A stretch of 64,000 bases of DNA. It comes from Bacteroidota bacterium (GTDB lineage Bacteria; Bacteroidota; Ignavibacteria; UBA10030; CAVZMI01). The first letter of the stretch is position 1. Every line of letters begins with the position of its first letter. The stretch covers positions 9,941 to 73,940 of the forward strand of contig JBEKIL010000012.1 of NCBI GenBank assembly GCA_050011775.1, written 5' to 3'. The notes under the pieces are model-generated. The model was not told where the DNA came from. It did no database searches and saw nothing but the letters and a program-made list of their open reading frames with translations. Below, piece after piece: positions 41,157-48,980 of the stretch. The position numbers and the translations under genes are program-made.

Positions 41157-41534
41157 ATGGCAACTACAATTCTTATTGCAGAAGATGAAGTTCATATCAT
41201 GACTCTCATCAAATTCAAGTTGAGAGATGCAGGATATACGGTCATACCTGCCGACGACGGAAAGAAAGCGCTTGAGCTTACACAGACACTACATCCCGAT
41301 CTCATCCTTCTGGATGTGATGATGCCATACCTGAATGGATACGAAGTTTTCGATATTCTCAGGAAAGATGAAGATACAAAAAACATACCCATCATCATGC
41401 TCACTGCAAAAGGTTTTCAACACGAAATTGACGAGGGAATGGCACGAGGAGCCGAGGATTACATTATAAAACCGTTCAGTCCGAACGATTTAATAGCACG
41501 CGTGCAAGCTGTCCTGGCTCGTAAACAAAAATAA
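41157..41534 (+). CDS. single-domain response regulator (CheY-like receiver)
   Basis: AEDE...LLDVMMP receiver motifs; 125 aa. Confidence 0.8.
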   Translation: MATTILIAEDEVHIMTLIKFKLRDAGYTVIPADDGKKALELTQTLHPDLILLDVMMPYLNGYEVFDILRKDEDTKNIPIIMLTAKGFQHEIDEGMARGAEDYIIKPFSPNDLIARVQAVLARKQK

Positions 41535-41617
41535 TATGTTTTCGTTTTCCTGGAGAATTGAAAAAATCTTACAAATATTTTTTAGATAAATAAACTGAAC
41601 GATATCATGAATCATTA

Positions 41618-43750
41618 TTGAATTACTATATCTTACAGGAGGGTGCAATGAGAATCGGTAAAGTGATAGGAATATTCATAATTCTTTTTGCTTTTATAAT
41701 TCTTTTCCAGAGCTGCAAAAAAAGTGAAAGTTCAACAGGGCCCAATGATCAAACCGTCACTCTTGGGACCCTAACAATCAGTCCTACCGGAGTTATTGTA
41801 AATACCTACACGACTCTTATTATCCGCCTCAATGTTCCGGCAGGAATTCAGCTTTCAGATTCGCTTGTCCAGGTTGTAAAGCTGGATGCCAACGGAAATT
41901 CAACCGGCACTATCGGAGAATTGGCTGATAACGGCAATCTTTATAATGCCGACGAAATAATGGGCGACAACATATACAGCGGTAAAGTTACTATTAATGA
42001 ATCACAAGCTGGAACAATAACCCTTGCTGCTCAGGCAAAAATCAAGAGTGGGGATCAAATAGTCGATAAACAATCGGAAACCGCGTCGATTCAAGTTTAT
42101 ACGCAATTGACTTCCGGAGAATTAAACGACGTACTGAATACTCAATCAAATGCAGCAACACAATTGAATCAATACCTTGCCGGAAACGTTCAGAATCTCG
42201 ATAATGCTATGAGTCAATTGACAACATGGCTGAACTCAAAAGCCGAAGTTCAATCTGCAACCCTGAGTGGATCCACAAGCATAGATATTCAATACAAAAA
42301 CGGATTGAACGGAGAAATAATTGTATCGGTTGAAGATGCCAGCGGCGGTGTAACGCGCGGCGGTTCAGTTGTCGGTAGTGATGAGAGAAGATCAAAGAAG
42401 AGCATACCTCTGAGCAAACAGACCGTTGGTACTACAATAACCCCAAGTAATATGATAAGGAAAGTATCCAACTACACAAGCGAACCGGATCCAAAATTAA
42501 TCGGAAATAGGAACGTTTTGATTTACGCTCCTTTCGAAGCGGCATTTGCACCAAACAATGAAGGTCCGGGTGTAAAAAGTATTTTACAAGATTCCAGTTC
42601 TGGATTTGAGATCGATTACTACAGTAATCAGAATGCCACTGTTGCAGTTTTGAATAACTTGACGAACTACGGGTTGGTCATATTGGCAACGCACGGTTCC
42701 GGAGGCAATTCATTTTTAACCGGAGAAATTGTCGATACAAACGCAACAGCTTATAAGGATTCCTATAAGGCTCTTTTAAAAGCTAATAAACTTAAAATTT
42801 CTCTGAATCTTGTCATTGCTAATAACGGCGGCGTAAAAACGAGAGCTAATGTTTACGGTGTGAAGGCAGCATTTATTTCCGATATTGCTGGTACTTTCCC
42901 GAACAGCGTTATCTTGAACAATTCATGCGAAAGTACAAAAAGCGCCGACTTGCAGAATGCTTTCATCGGCAAAGGGGCAAAGACATATTACGGATATGAT
43001 AAAATTGTAAGCAGCGGTTTCTGTGTTACAAATGCAGATACACTTGTGAAAAGACTGGCTAAAGATATGAAGACTACCGGCGAATCATTCATGGCCGGCA
43101 GCGACCCCGGTTCGCATCATGCAACCTTCCAGATTAAAGGTGAAAACGATATCCGCTATCCGGATGATCTGATCAATGGAGATTTTGAATTCGGAAAACT
43201 GCAAGGCTGGACAAAATCGGGGGACGGAAGGGTCATCAGCAAACTCGGCAGTCAAAGTCCTACAGGCGGAAAATATATGGGAATTATTTCTACGGGTCTC
43301 GGTTATACGACCACTACCGGAAAAATCTTTCAAACGTTCACCATCCGACAAAATCAATCTTCATTGACGGTAAAATGGAATTTCTTGTCGGAAGAGTTCC
43401 TGGAATATATCAATTCTTCTTATATGGATTATTACACGATAACAATCAAAGAAGCCGATGGAACGGAAACGGAATTACTAAGGAAAAACATTGACGATAT
43501 CGCTTCTGATTTCGGTGCACAAAAATTTAACAAGCAGCCCGACGAAGTACCACAACCGGGCGACCTTGTTTATGTTTCCCCCGGAATTGTCTTCGATAAA
43601 GGTGATGTATATATGACCGGTTGGCAGACCGATATATTCAATGTGAGTGCGTTTAAAGGAAAACGCATTACCCTCATACTGGCCGCCGGAGATGTTGGTG
43701 ATAGTATTTATGATACCGCAATCTTACTTGACGATATTACAGTACAATAA
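41618..43750 (+). CDS. large lipoprotein; N-terminal Ig-like region. The central region carries ordered His and Cys motifs (ILATHGSGG ... ILNNSCES) suggestive of a clan-CD (gingipain/clostripain-like) cysteine peptidase. A C-terminal beta-rich domain follows
   Basis: lipobox FQSC; His-Gly then Cys about 75 aa later, each preceded by a hydrophobic strand; assignment is by motif only. Confidence 0.4.
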   Translation: MNYYILQEGAMRIGKVIGIFIILFAFIILFQSCKKSESSTGPNDQTVTLGTLTISPTGVIVNTYTTLIIRLNVPAGIQLSDSLVQVVKLDANGNSTGTIGELADNGNLYNADEIMGDNIYSGKVTINESQAGTITLAAQAKIKSGDQIVDKQSETASIQVYTQLTSGELNDVLNTQSNAATQLNQYLAGNVQNLDNAMSQLTTWLNSKAEVQSATLSGSTSIDIQYKNGLNGEIIVSVEDASGGVTRGGSVVGSDERRSKKSIPLSKQTVGTTITPSNMIRKVSNYTSEPDPKLIGNRNVLIYAPFEAAFAPNNEGPGVKSILQDSSSGFEIDYYSNQNATVAVLNNLTNYGLVILATHGSGGNSFLTGEIVDTNATAYKDSYKALLKANKLKISLNLVIANNGGVKTRANVYGVKAAFISDIAGTFPNSVILNNSCESTKSADLQNAFIGKGAKTYYGYDKIVSSGFCVTNADTLVKRLAKDMKTTGESFMAGSDPGSHHATFQIKGENDIRYPDDLINGDFEFGKLQGWTKSGDGRVISKLGSQSPTGGKYMGIISTGLGYTTTTGKIFQTFTIRQNQSSLTVKWNFLSEEFLEYINSSYMDYYTITIKEADGTETELLRKNIDDIASDFGAQKFNKQPDEVPQPGDLVYVSPGIVFDKGDVYMTGWQTDIFNVSAFKGKRITLILAAGDVGDSIYDTAILLDDITVQ

Positions 43751-43759
43751 CAAAGACTT

Positions 43760-43788
43760 GAGGATGGGCTTCTAAAAGCCCATCCTCT
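43760..43788 (+). terminator. 11-bp perfect hairpin GAGGATGGGCT...AGCCCATCCTC after the lipoprotein gene (weak T tract)
   Basis: inverted repeat read directly from the sequence. Confidence 0.4.
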
Positions 43789-43797
43789 ACGTTAATA

Positions 43798-44271
43798 ATG
43801 AAATCATCGGCCATTCTATTACTACTTTTTTTCTGTTCTACAACATGCGTAGAGGATGCGCATAGAATGAAAATAAAATATTTCAACAACGGACAATCTG
43901 GAATTGTCGAACTTAATAAGGATAATTCAAAAAAAGTATTTGATGAATTAAAGAATTTGATTGAAGGAATCAACGACATGGCACGTCTTGTCGTTGATGA
44001 AGAGAGAATAGATGAATTAAGAAAGAACGATGAAGCACTGGAAATCGAATTCGACAATGAAATTGAATTCAACTCAAAAGAATTCGAACAATTGAAAATT
44101 AAAAAGATATTATTGCCTTTATCCGGCGATCTTGCGTATACCGAAGATGAAAGTGCCGCAGTAATTTTTCTCGGCTCTACCGCTTATGAACCAAATCCAT
44201 ACTTGAATCTAAACGGGAGATCACATATTTCCAATCTTATGAAAATCTTACCGGGTATTAAGAAAAAATAA
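43798..44271 (+). CDS. hypothetical small secreted protein
   Basis: hydrophobic N-terminus and acidic coiled-coil-like middle; 157 aa. Confidence 0.35.
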   Translation: MKSSAILLLLFFCSTTCVEDAHRMKIKYFNNGQSGIVELNKDNSKKVFDELKNLIEGINDMARLVVDEERIDELRKNDEALEIEFDNEIEFNSKEFEQLKIKKILLPLSGDLAYTEDESAAVIFLGSTAYEPNPYLNLNGRSHISNLMKILPGIKKK

Positions 44272-44471
44272 ACTGCTACCGCCTTTCTTCTTCTCTATAT
44301 TTCATACCCGTTCTCATTGCAGCATACGGCACAATTTCGAACGGATATCTGCTCTATCGATATCCGGACTTTATTTTATACATTCACACTTTTCCGTCCC
44401 ATTTTAACGAAATGGAAGTCGATTTGGGCTAGCCGAACGAAGTCCCGTGTGCAATTCGCGGGACGTAATTT

Positions 44472-44810
44472 GGCGACTGACTGCGCTCCTCCCCGGAGCT
44501 TCGTCAGTCAGGCTGATAAAGAGGGCCTGCCAAACGAAGCCTTGGCGTAGTTTGGCGACTGACCACGCTTCTACCGGAGCTTCGTCAGTCAATAATTGAT
44601 TTTTACCTGCTTGACGAAGTCCCATATGTTTCTCGTGGGACGCAGTCAAGCGACTGACTACGCTCCTCTCGGAGCTTCGTCAGTCAGGCTGATAAAGAGG
44701 GCCTGCCAAACGAAGCCTTAGCGTAGTTTGGCGACTGACTACGCTCCTCCCGGAGCTTCGTCAGTCAGGCTGATAAAGAGGGCCTGCCAAACGAAGCCTT
44801 GGCGTAGTTT
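44472..44810. repeat. array of 81-bp structured tandem repeats (three full copies, one half copy, interrupted by a 58-bp GTCCCA...TGGGAC hairpin spacer). Each unit contains two imperfect palindromes, GACTGAC...GTCAGTC and GCCAAAC...GTTTGGC
   Basis: copies at 44472-44552, 44553-44590 (half), 44649-44729, 44730-44810; >90% identical. Confidence 0.85.
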
Positions 44811-44826
44811 GGCGGAGGGGCAGGGA
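44811..44826 (-). repeat. 16-nt direct repeat of the 3' end of tRNA-Ser(CGA) (GGCGGAGGGGCAGGGA = CCA + discriminator + acceptor + part of the T-stem, bottom-strand sense)
   Basis: identical to 45537-45552. Confidence 0.8.
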
Positions 44827-44857
44827 CCGACTACGTCCCGTTTCCACCTACGTTCGC

Positions 44858-45142
44858 CTACAGCGAACTTCGGTGGACAGACCGCGGGACTTCGTCGGTT
44901 AAAATTCTTTTTTTTAATATTGCTTTTCCAGATCCTGTCTTTAAATATTTCTCCAATTCTCTCGCCTTTGATTCTGATTTCACTGCAACATAAGCTGATA
45001 TTTCTAAAGGTCGATATGCTTTGGTCGACTGAACAACACCATTATTATGTTCTAAGACTCGTCGATCCAAATTATTCGTTGATCCTATATAAATAAATCC
45101 CTTTCTGATATTTCTCAGAATATATACTTTCCAAATTAACAT
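44858..45142 (-). CDS. GIY-YIG nuclease superfamily protein, YhbQ/UPF0213-like (94 aa)
   Basis: KGFIYIGSTNNLDRRVLEHNNG matches the GIY...YIG...R...E...N core of the GIY-YIG domain; its C-terminal ~13 codons run into a 70-bp palindrome. Confidence 0.7.
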   Translation of the reverse strand: MLIWKVYILRNIRKGFIYIGSTNNLDRRVLEHNNGVVQSTKAYRPLEISAYVAVKSESKARELEKYLKTGSGKAILKKRILTDEVPRSVHRSSL

Positions 45143-45296
45143 AGCTTGGTCCTATCTCTTGAGGGGGCTTTAATAATAAGAACGAAAAGAGGTTACATAT
45201 GAATGGGGTCGACTACGTTCCGTTTCACGGAACTTCGTCGACCAAGGCCTGCGTAACGAAGTTCCATCCCGTTGTTTCGGGATGGGACGCAGTCAT

Positions 45297-45538
45297 GCGA
45301 CTGACTGCGCTCCTCCCGGAGCTTCGTCAGTCAGGCTGATAAAGAGGGCCTGCCAAACGAAGCCTTGGCGCAGTTTGGCGACTGACTACGCTCCTCCCGG
45401 AGCTTCGTCAGTCAGGCTATAAAGAGGGCCTGCCAAACGAAGCCTTGGCGCAGTTTGGCGACTGACTGCGCTCCTCCCGGAGCTTCGTCAGTCAGGCTGA
45501 TAAAGAGGGCCTGCCAAACGAAGCCTTGGCGTAGTTTG
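45297..45538. repeat. second array of the same 81-bp repeat (three tandem copies) abutting the 3' end of tRNA-Ser(CGA)
   Basis: copies 45297-45377, 45378-45457 (1-bp deletion), 45458-45538. Confidence 0.85.
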
Positions 45539-45626
45539 GCGGAGGGGCAGGGATTCGAACCCTGGGTACTCAGAAGAGTACACCGGTTTTCGAGACCGGC
45601 CTAATCGACCACTCTAGCACCCCTCC
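45537..45626 (-). tRNA. tRNA-Ser (anticodon CGA), type II, CCA encoded
   Basis: reverse complement: acceptor GGAGGGG/CCCCTCC, anticodon stem CCGGT/ACCGG with loop CTCGAAA, variable hairpin GTACTC-TTCT-GAGTAC, T-arm CAGGG-TTCGAAT-CCCTG, then G-CCA. Confidence 0.8.
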
Positions 45627-46179
45627 ATTGAAAAAGGATATATAAATATATTACTTACACTTCCGAAAAACAAGTAATATAACAGCTCGGATTTCCCATA
45701 TTAGACTTTTTTTAAATTCATACCCTGCAAAAGGAACTTCACACGTATTTAATTCTGTTATTTATGATAATGGGGATCTGCGGCTCTTAAGCGCTCAGGG
45801 TATTGTCCGCGAACTTCACATTGGAGACTTTCGGACGAATTATGATGCACAGCTTGAAAACCACCAACATTTTATCTGTACTCGATGGCATTCGATTCTT
45901 GATCTTGAGACTGTCAAAGGGTGGAATAAAGATCAGTATATTGAACGAAAATATAAGTGCAGCATTCTCTCACATTGGGTAAATTTTTTGGCATCTGTTA
46001 TGTCTGTAAGATAGAATCTCGAACGTCTGACTGTTCAGCGACCATAAAAAGAAAACGGCAAAAAGACAAGGAGCAAACTATCTTGAAAGGGAGGTTTTTT
46101 TTCCATATGTTTGGATTATATACTCGCTTCATGGACTCAATGCCATATCTATCACACATCATCTATAGCGAGGTATACA

Positions 46180-46650
46180 ATGCCACTCAAAATCGGGGAT
46201 AAAGCATCATCATTCACATTGATTGATACGGAGCGAAAACCTCGTTCTCTCTCTGAATTCCAGGGAAAGAAACTCGTTCTGGCTTTCTATCCAGGAGCTT
46301 TCACCGGTGTATGTCAAAAAGAATTCTGCACGTTCCGCGATTCAATGACAAACTTGGGTTCACTCAATGCCCAGATTGTCGGCATCAGTGTCGATAGTCC
46401 ATTCGCTAATAAGGCCTTTGCCGCACAAAATAACCTTCCATTCCCGCTCTTAAGCGATTATACACGTGCTGTCTCGGAACAATACGGCGGAGTTTATAAA
46501 GATTTCGCTGGACTAACCGGATACACCGCTTCAAAGCGGGCAGTATTTGTTATTGATCCACTGGGAGTGATTAAATATGTCTGGATTTCAGAAAATCCCG
46601 GCGTAGAACCAAATTACAACGAAATCAACAATATACTCGGCTCTATCTAA
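46180..46650 (+). CDS. peroxiredoxin-family (AhpC/TSA-like) thiol peroxidase
   Basis: FYPGAFTGVCQKEF redoxin active-site region; 156 aa from the internal ATG. Confidence 0.7.
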   Translation: MPLKIGDKASSFTLIDTERKPRSLSEFQGKKLVLAFYPGAFTGVCQKEFCTFRDSMTNLGSLNAQIVGISVDSPFANKAFAAQNNLPFPLLSDYTRAVSEQYGGVYKDFAGLTGYTASKRAVFVIDPLGVIKYVWISENPGVEPNYNEINNILGSI

Positions 46651-46676
46651 TGCCGAAATAAATAAGGATCACTGAT

Positions 46677-47132
46677 ATGCTGACAGTAGGGAAGAAAGCA
46701 CCCGCGTTTACCTTACCCGATCAAGAAGGCAAAAAGGTATCGCTGAAGGATTTCAAAGGGAAAAAGCTCGTACTTTATTTCTACCCAAAAGATGATACAC
46801 CGGGGTGTACAACAGAAGCCTGCTCCTTCCGTGATAATATGAGACTTGTTACATCGAAAAAAACCAATATTGTTGGTATAAGCATCGATAGCGTTCAATC
46901 GCATAAGAGATTCCAGACAAAATATGCGCTTCCGTTTCCACTCCTGAGCGATGAATCGAAGAAAATTGTAAAACTCTATGGTGTATGGAAAGAAAAAAAC
47001 ATGTACGGAAAGAAGTATATGGGAATAGAACGAACTACTTTTATTATCGATGAGAACGGAGTAATTATACATATCTTTATAAAAGTAAAAGTCGATGGAC
47101 ATATCGATAAAGTACTTGAAGTGATATCATGA
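46677..47132 (+). CDS. bcp: thiol peroxidase Bcp (PrxQ)
   Basis: FYPKDDTPGCTTEAC motif. Confidence 0.85.
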   Translation: MLTVGKKAPAFTLPDQEGKKVSLKDFKGKKLVLYFYPKDDTPGCTTEACSFRDNMRLVTSKKTNIVGISIDSVQSHKRFQTKYALPFPLLSDESKKIVKLYGVWKEKNMYGKKYMGIERTTFIIDENGVIIHIFIKVKVDGHIDKVLEVIS

Positions 47133-47173
47133 TTATTAAATATCAGAACAAATTATAATTTTTACTGAAAGGA

Positions 47174-47602
47174 ATGTCTATGGCATCATTAAAGGATTCA
47201 AAGACGCTGGTGAATCTGAAGGAGGGATTCGCTGGAGAGAGTCAAGCAAACCGGCGATACCTGTATTTTGCACGGAAAGCAGATACCGAGGGGTATCCTG
47301 ATGTCGCAGGTGTATTCAGGGATACGGCAGAAGGTGAGACCGGACATGCATTCGGGCATTTCGAGTTTATGGAAGAAATCGGCGATCCTGTGACAAATGA
47401 ACCAGTCGGTGATGCAAAGGCGAATTTGAAATCAGCAATTGCGGGTGAAACATATGAATATACTGAAATGTATCCCGGATTTGCCAAAACTGCGCGGGCC
47501 GAAGGGTTCGATGAAATTTCCGAATGGTTCGAGACTCTCGCCCGGGCAGAGAAATCACATGCAGGACGGTTCACAAAAGCGTTGGAGAGTCTTAAGGGAT
47601 AG
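47174..47602 (+). CDS. rubrerythrin-family ferritin-like diiron protein without a rubredoxin domain (sulerythrin-like)
   Basis: two ExxH diiron motifs ([14 protein letters not shown]) in a 142-aa four-helix-bundle-sized protein. Confidence 0.75.
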   Translation: MSMASLKDSKTLVNLKEGFAGESQANRRYLYFARKADTEGYPDVAGVFRDTAEGETGHAFGHFEFMEEIGDPVTNEPVGDAKANLKSAIAGETYEYTEMYPGFAKTARAEGFDEISEWFETLARAEKSHAGRFTKALESLKG

Positions 47603-47705
47603 TTGTAAAATTTTAGTGTAGAGGGTAGGGTTGTGCTTGTGAGTTAATGGTTGAACTGTCCAGTCCAACCCTTTTATTTTATATTTATTCGGAGAAAATG
47701 TATCG

Positions 47706-48974
47706 ATGAATTTCGATCCACAGAAAGAAGAATTCTGGGATAATACTCTTTTCCAAAAAGAGCTGGATAGAATTTTTGATATCTGTAACGGTTGCCGGCT
47801 TTGTTATAATCTTTGTCCTTCTTTTGAAGTGCTATTTAAAAAGATCGATGAATTGGATATAGAAGCTTCAAAAGTTCCGCTCGAAGTAAAGAACGAAGTG
47901 ATTGATCTTTGTTATGAATGCAAACTTTGTTATCCGAAATGCCCTTACACACCACCCCATCACTATGAGCTTGATTTCCCCCGACTTATGCTTCGGGCAC
48001 GTGCAATTCGTACACGAGAAAAAGGTGTACATATTCAGGATAAATTCCTTGGTAAAACGGACTTGATCGGTGCAATCGGAAGTACTTTCCCCGGCATTAT
48101 GAATTGGGCAAACGAGAACCAAATAACACGCTCGTTGATGCATGCGACTGTCGGTATTCATAAGCATAGGAATCTTCCCAAGTATCACGGGGTGACTTTT
48201 ATTGAATGGTATCGAAAACATAGGCGTTCAGAAGATAGGGACTACACAAACGGCAAAGTAGCCCTTTTTTATACATGCACGGTCAATTACAACAATCCGG
48301 ATATTGGCATTGCCACTGTAGAGGTTCTCGAACGAAATAGAATCGATGTCATCGTACCCGAGCAGCGTTGCTGTGGAATGCCTGCGCTCGACGGGGGTGA
48401 CATCGCTGCAGCACAGGAAATGATCGACTTTAATACCCGGTCCTTTCAATCGTATGTCGATGCGGGGTATACGATCGTCGTACCGGGGCCTACGTGCAGC
48501 TATATGATGAAACAAGAATATCCATATCTGGGTAGAATCGAAGGAACGAAGAGAATCTCGGCTAATACGCTTGACATTTGTGAATATTTAATGAAACTTC
48601 ATAAAGAGAAGAAACTCGATACGGCATTTTCTGCCCCGCAGGGAAAGATTGCTTACCACCTTGCGTGTCATCTTAAAGCGCAAAATATCGGATTCAAGTC
48701 GAAAGAATTGATGTCGTTAATCCCCGGGACAGAGATCGAGTTGATCCAAAAGTGTTCCGCAGTGGATGGAACGTGGGGATTGAAAAAGGAATATTATGAG
48801 CTTTCATTGAAGGTTGCCCGATCTCTTTTTGAGAGGATCGAAAAAGCTCAACCGGCGACGGTCGTCTCTGATTGCCCGCTTGCCGGACTTCAGATCGAAC
48901 AGGGGACCGGACATTCTTTCAAACATCCAATTCAGGTGGTTCGCGCCGCATACGGGATAGCCGGCAAAGGGTAG
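47706..48974 (+). CDS. HdrD/GlcF-like iron-sulfur protein with two CCG domains (CxxCxxCxxxCP x2, CCGMP motif)
   Basis: CNGCRLCYNLCP and CYECKLCYPKCP ferredoxin-type motifs plus EQRCCGMPALDGG. Confidence 0.75.
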   Translation: MNFDPQKEEFWDNTLFQKELDRIFDICNGCRLCYNLCPSFEVLFKKIDELDIEASKVPLEVKNEVIDLCYECKLCYPKCPYTPPHHYELDFPRLMLRARAIRTREKGVHIQDKFLGKTDLIGAIGSTFPGIMNWANENQITRSLMHATVGIHKHRNLPKYHGVTFIEWYRKHRRSEDRDYTNGKVALFYTCTVNYNNPDIGIATVEVLERNRIDVIVPEQRCCGMPALDGGDIAAAQEMIDFNTRSFQSYVDAGYTIVVPGPTCSYMMKQEYPYLGRIEGTKRISANTLDICEYLMKLHKEKKLDTAFSAPQGKIAYHLACHLKAQNIGFKSKELMSLIPGTEIELIQKCSAVDGTWGLKKEYYELSLKVARSLFERIEKAQPATVVSDCPLAGLQIEQGTGHSFKHPIQVVRAAYGIAGKG

Positions 48975-48980
48975 GAAAGT

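Noticed and set aside
44525-44553. Integron attC-like reading of GCCAAAC...GTTTGGC hairpin
   Set aside because: Does not satisfy the R''/R' consensus (RYYYAAC / GTTRRRY); no IntI integrase or attI in the window. Kept only as a generic recombination-site-like dyad.
44317-45096. ORFs 44317..44550(+), 44404..44649(-), 44728..45096(+) inside the repeat arrays
   Set aside because: Their 'proteins' are translations of the 81-bp repeat (recurrent peptide strings such as ...DCAPPRSFVSQADKEGLPNEALA...); no start context; artefacts of repeat periodicity.
44472-45538. CRISPR array interpretation of the 81-bp repeats
   Set aside because: Units abut directly with no unique spacers, the unit (81 bp) is far longer than CRISPR repeats, and no cas genes are present.
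47603-47705. Possible terminator GGGTTG...CAACCC-T4ATTTT after the rubrerythrin gene
   Set aside because: 6-bp stem with a >30-nt loop; too weak to call as a feature.
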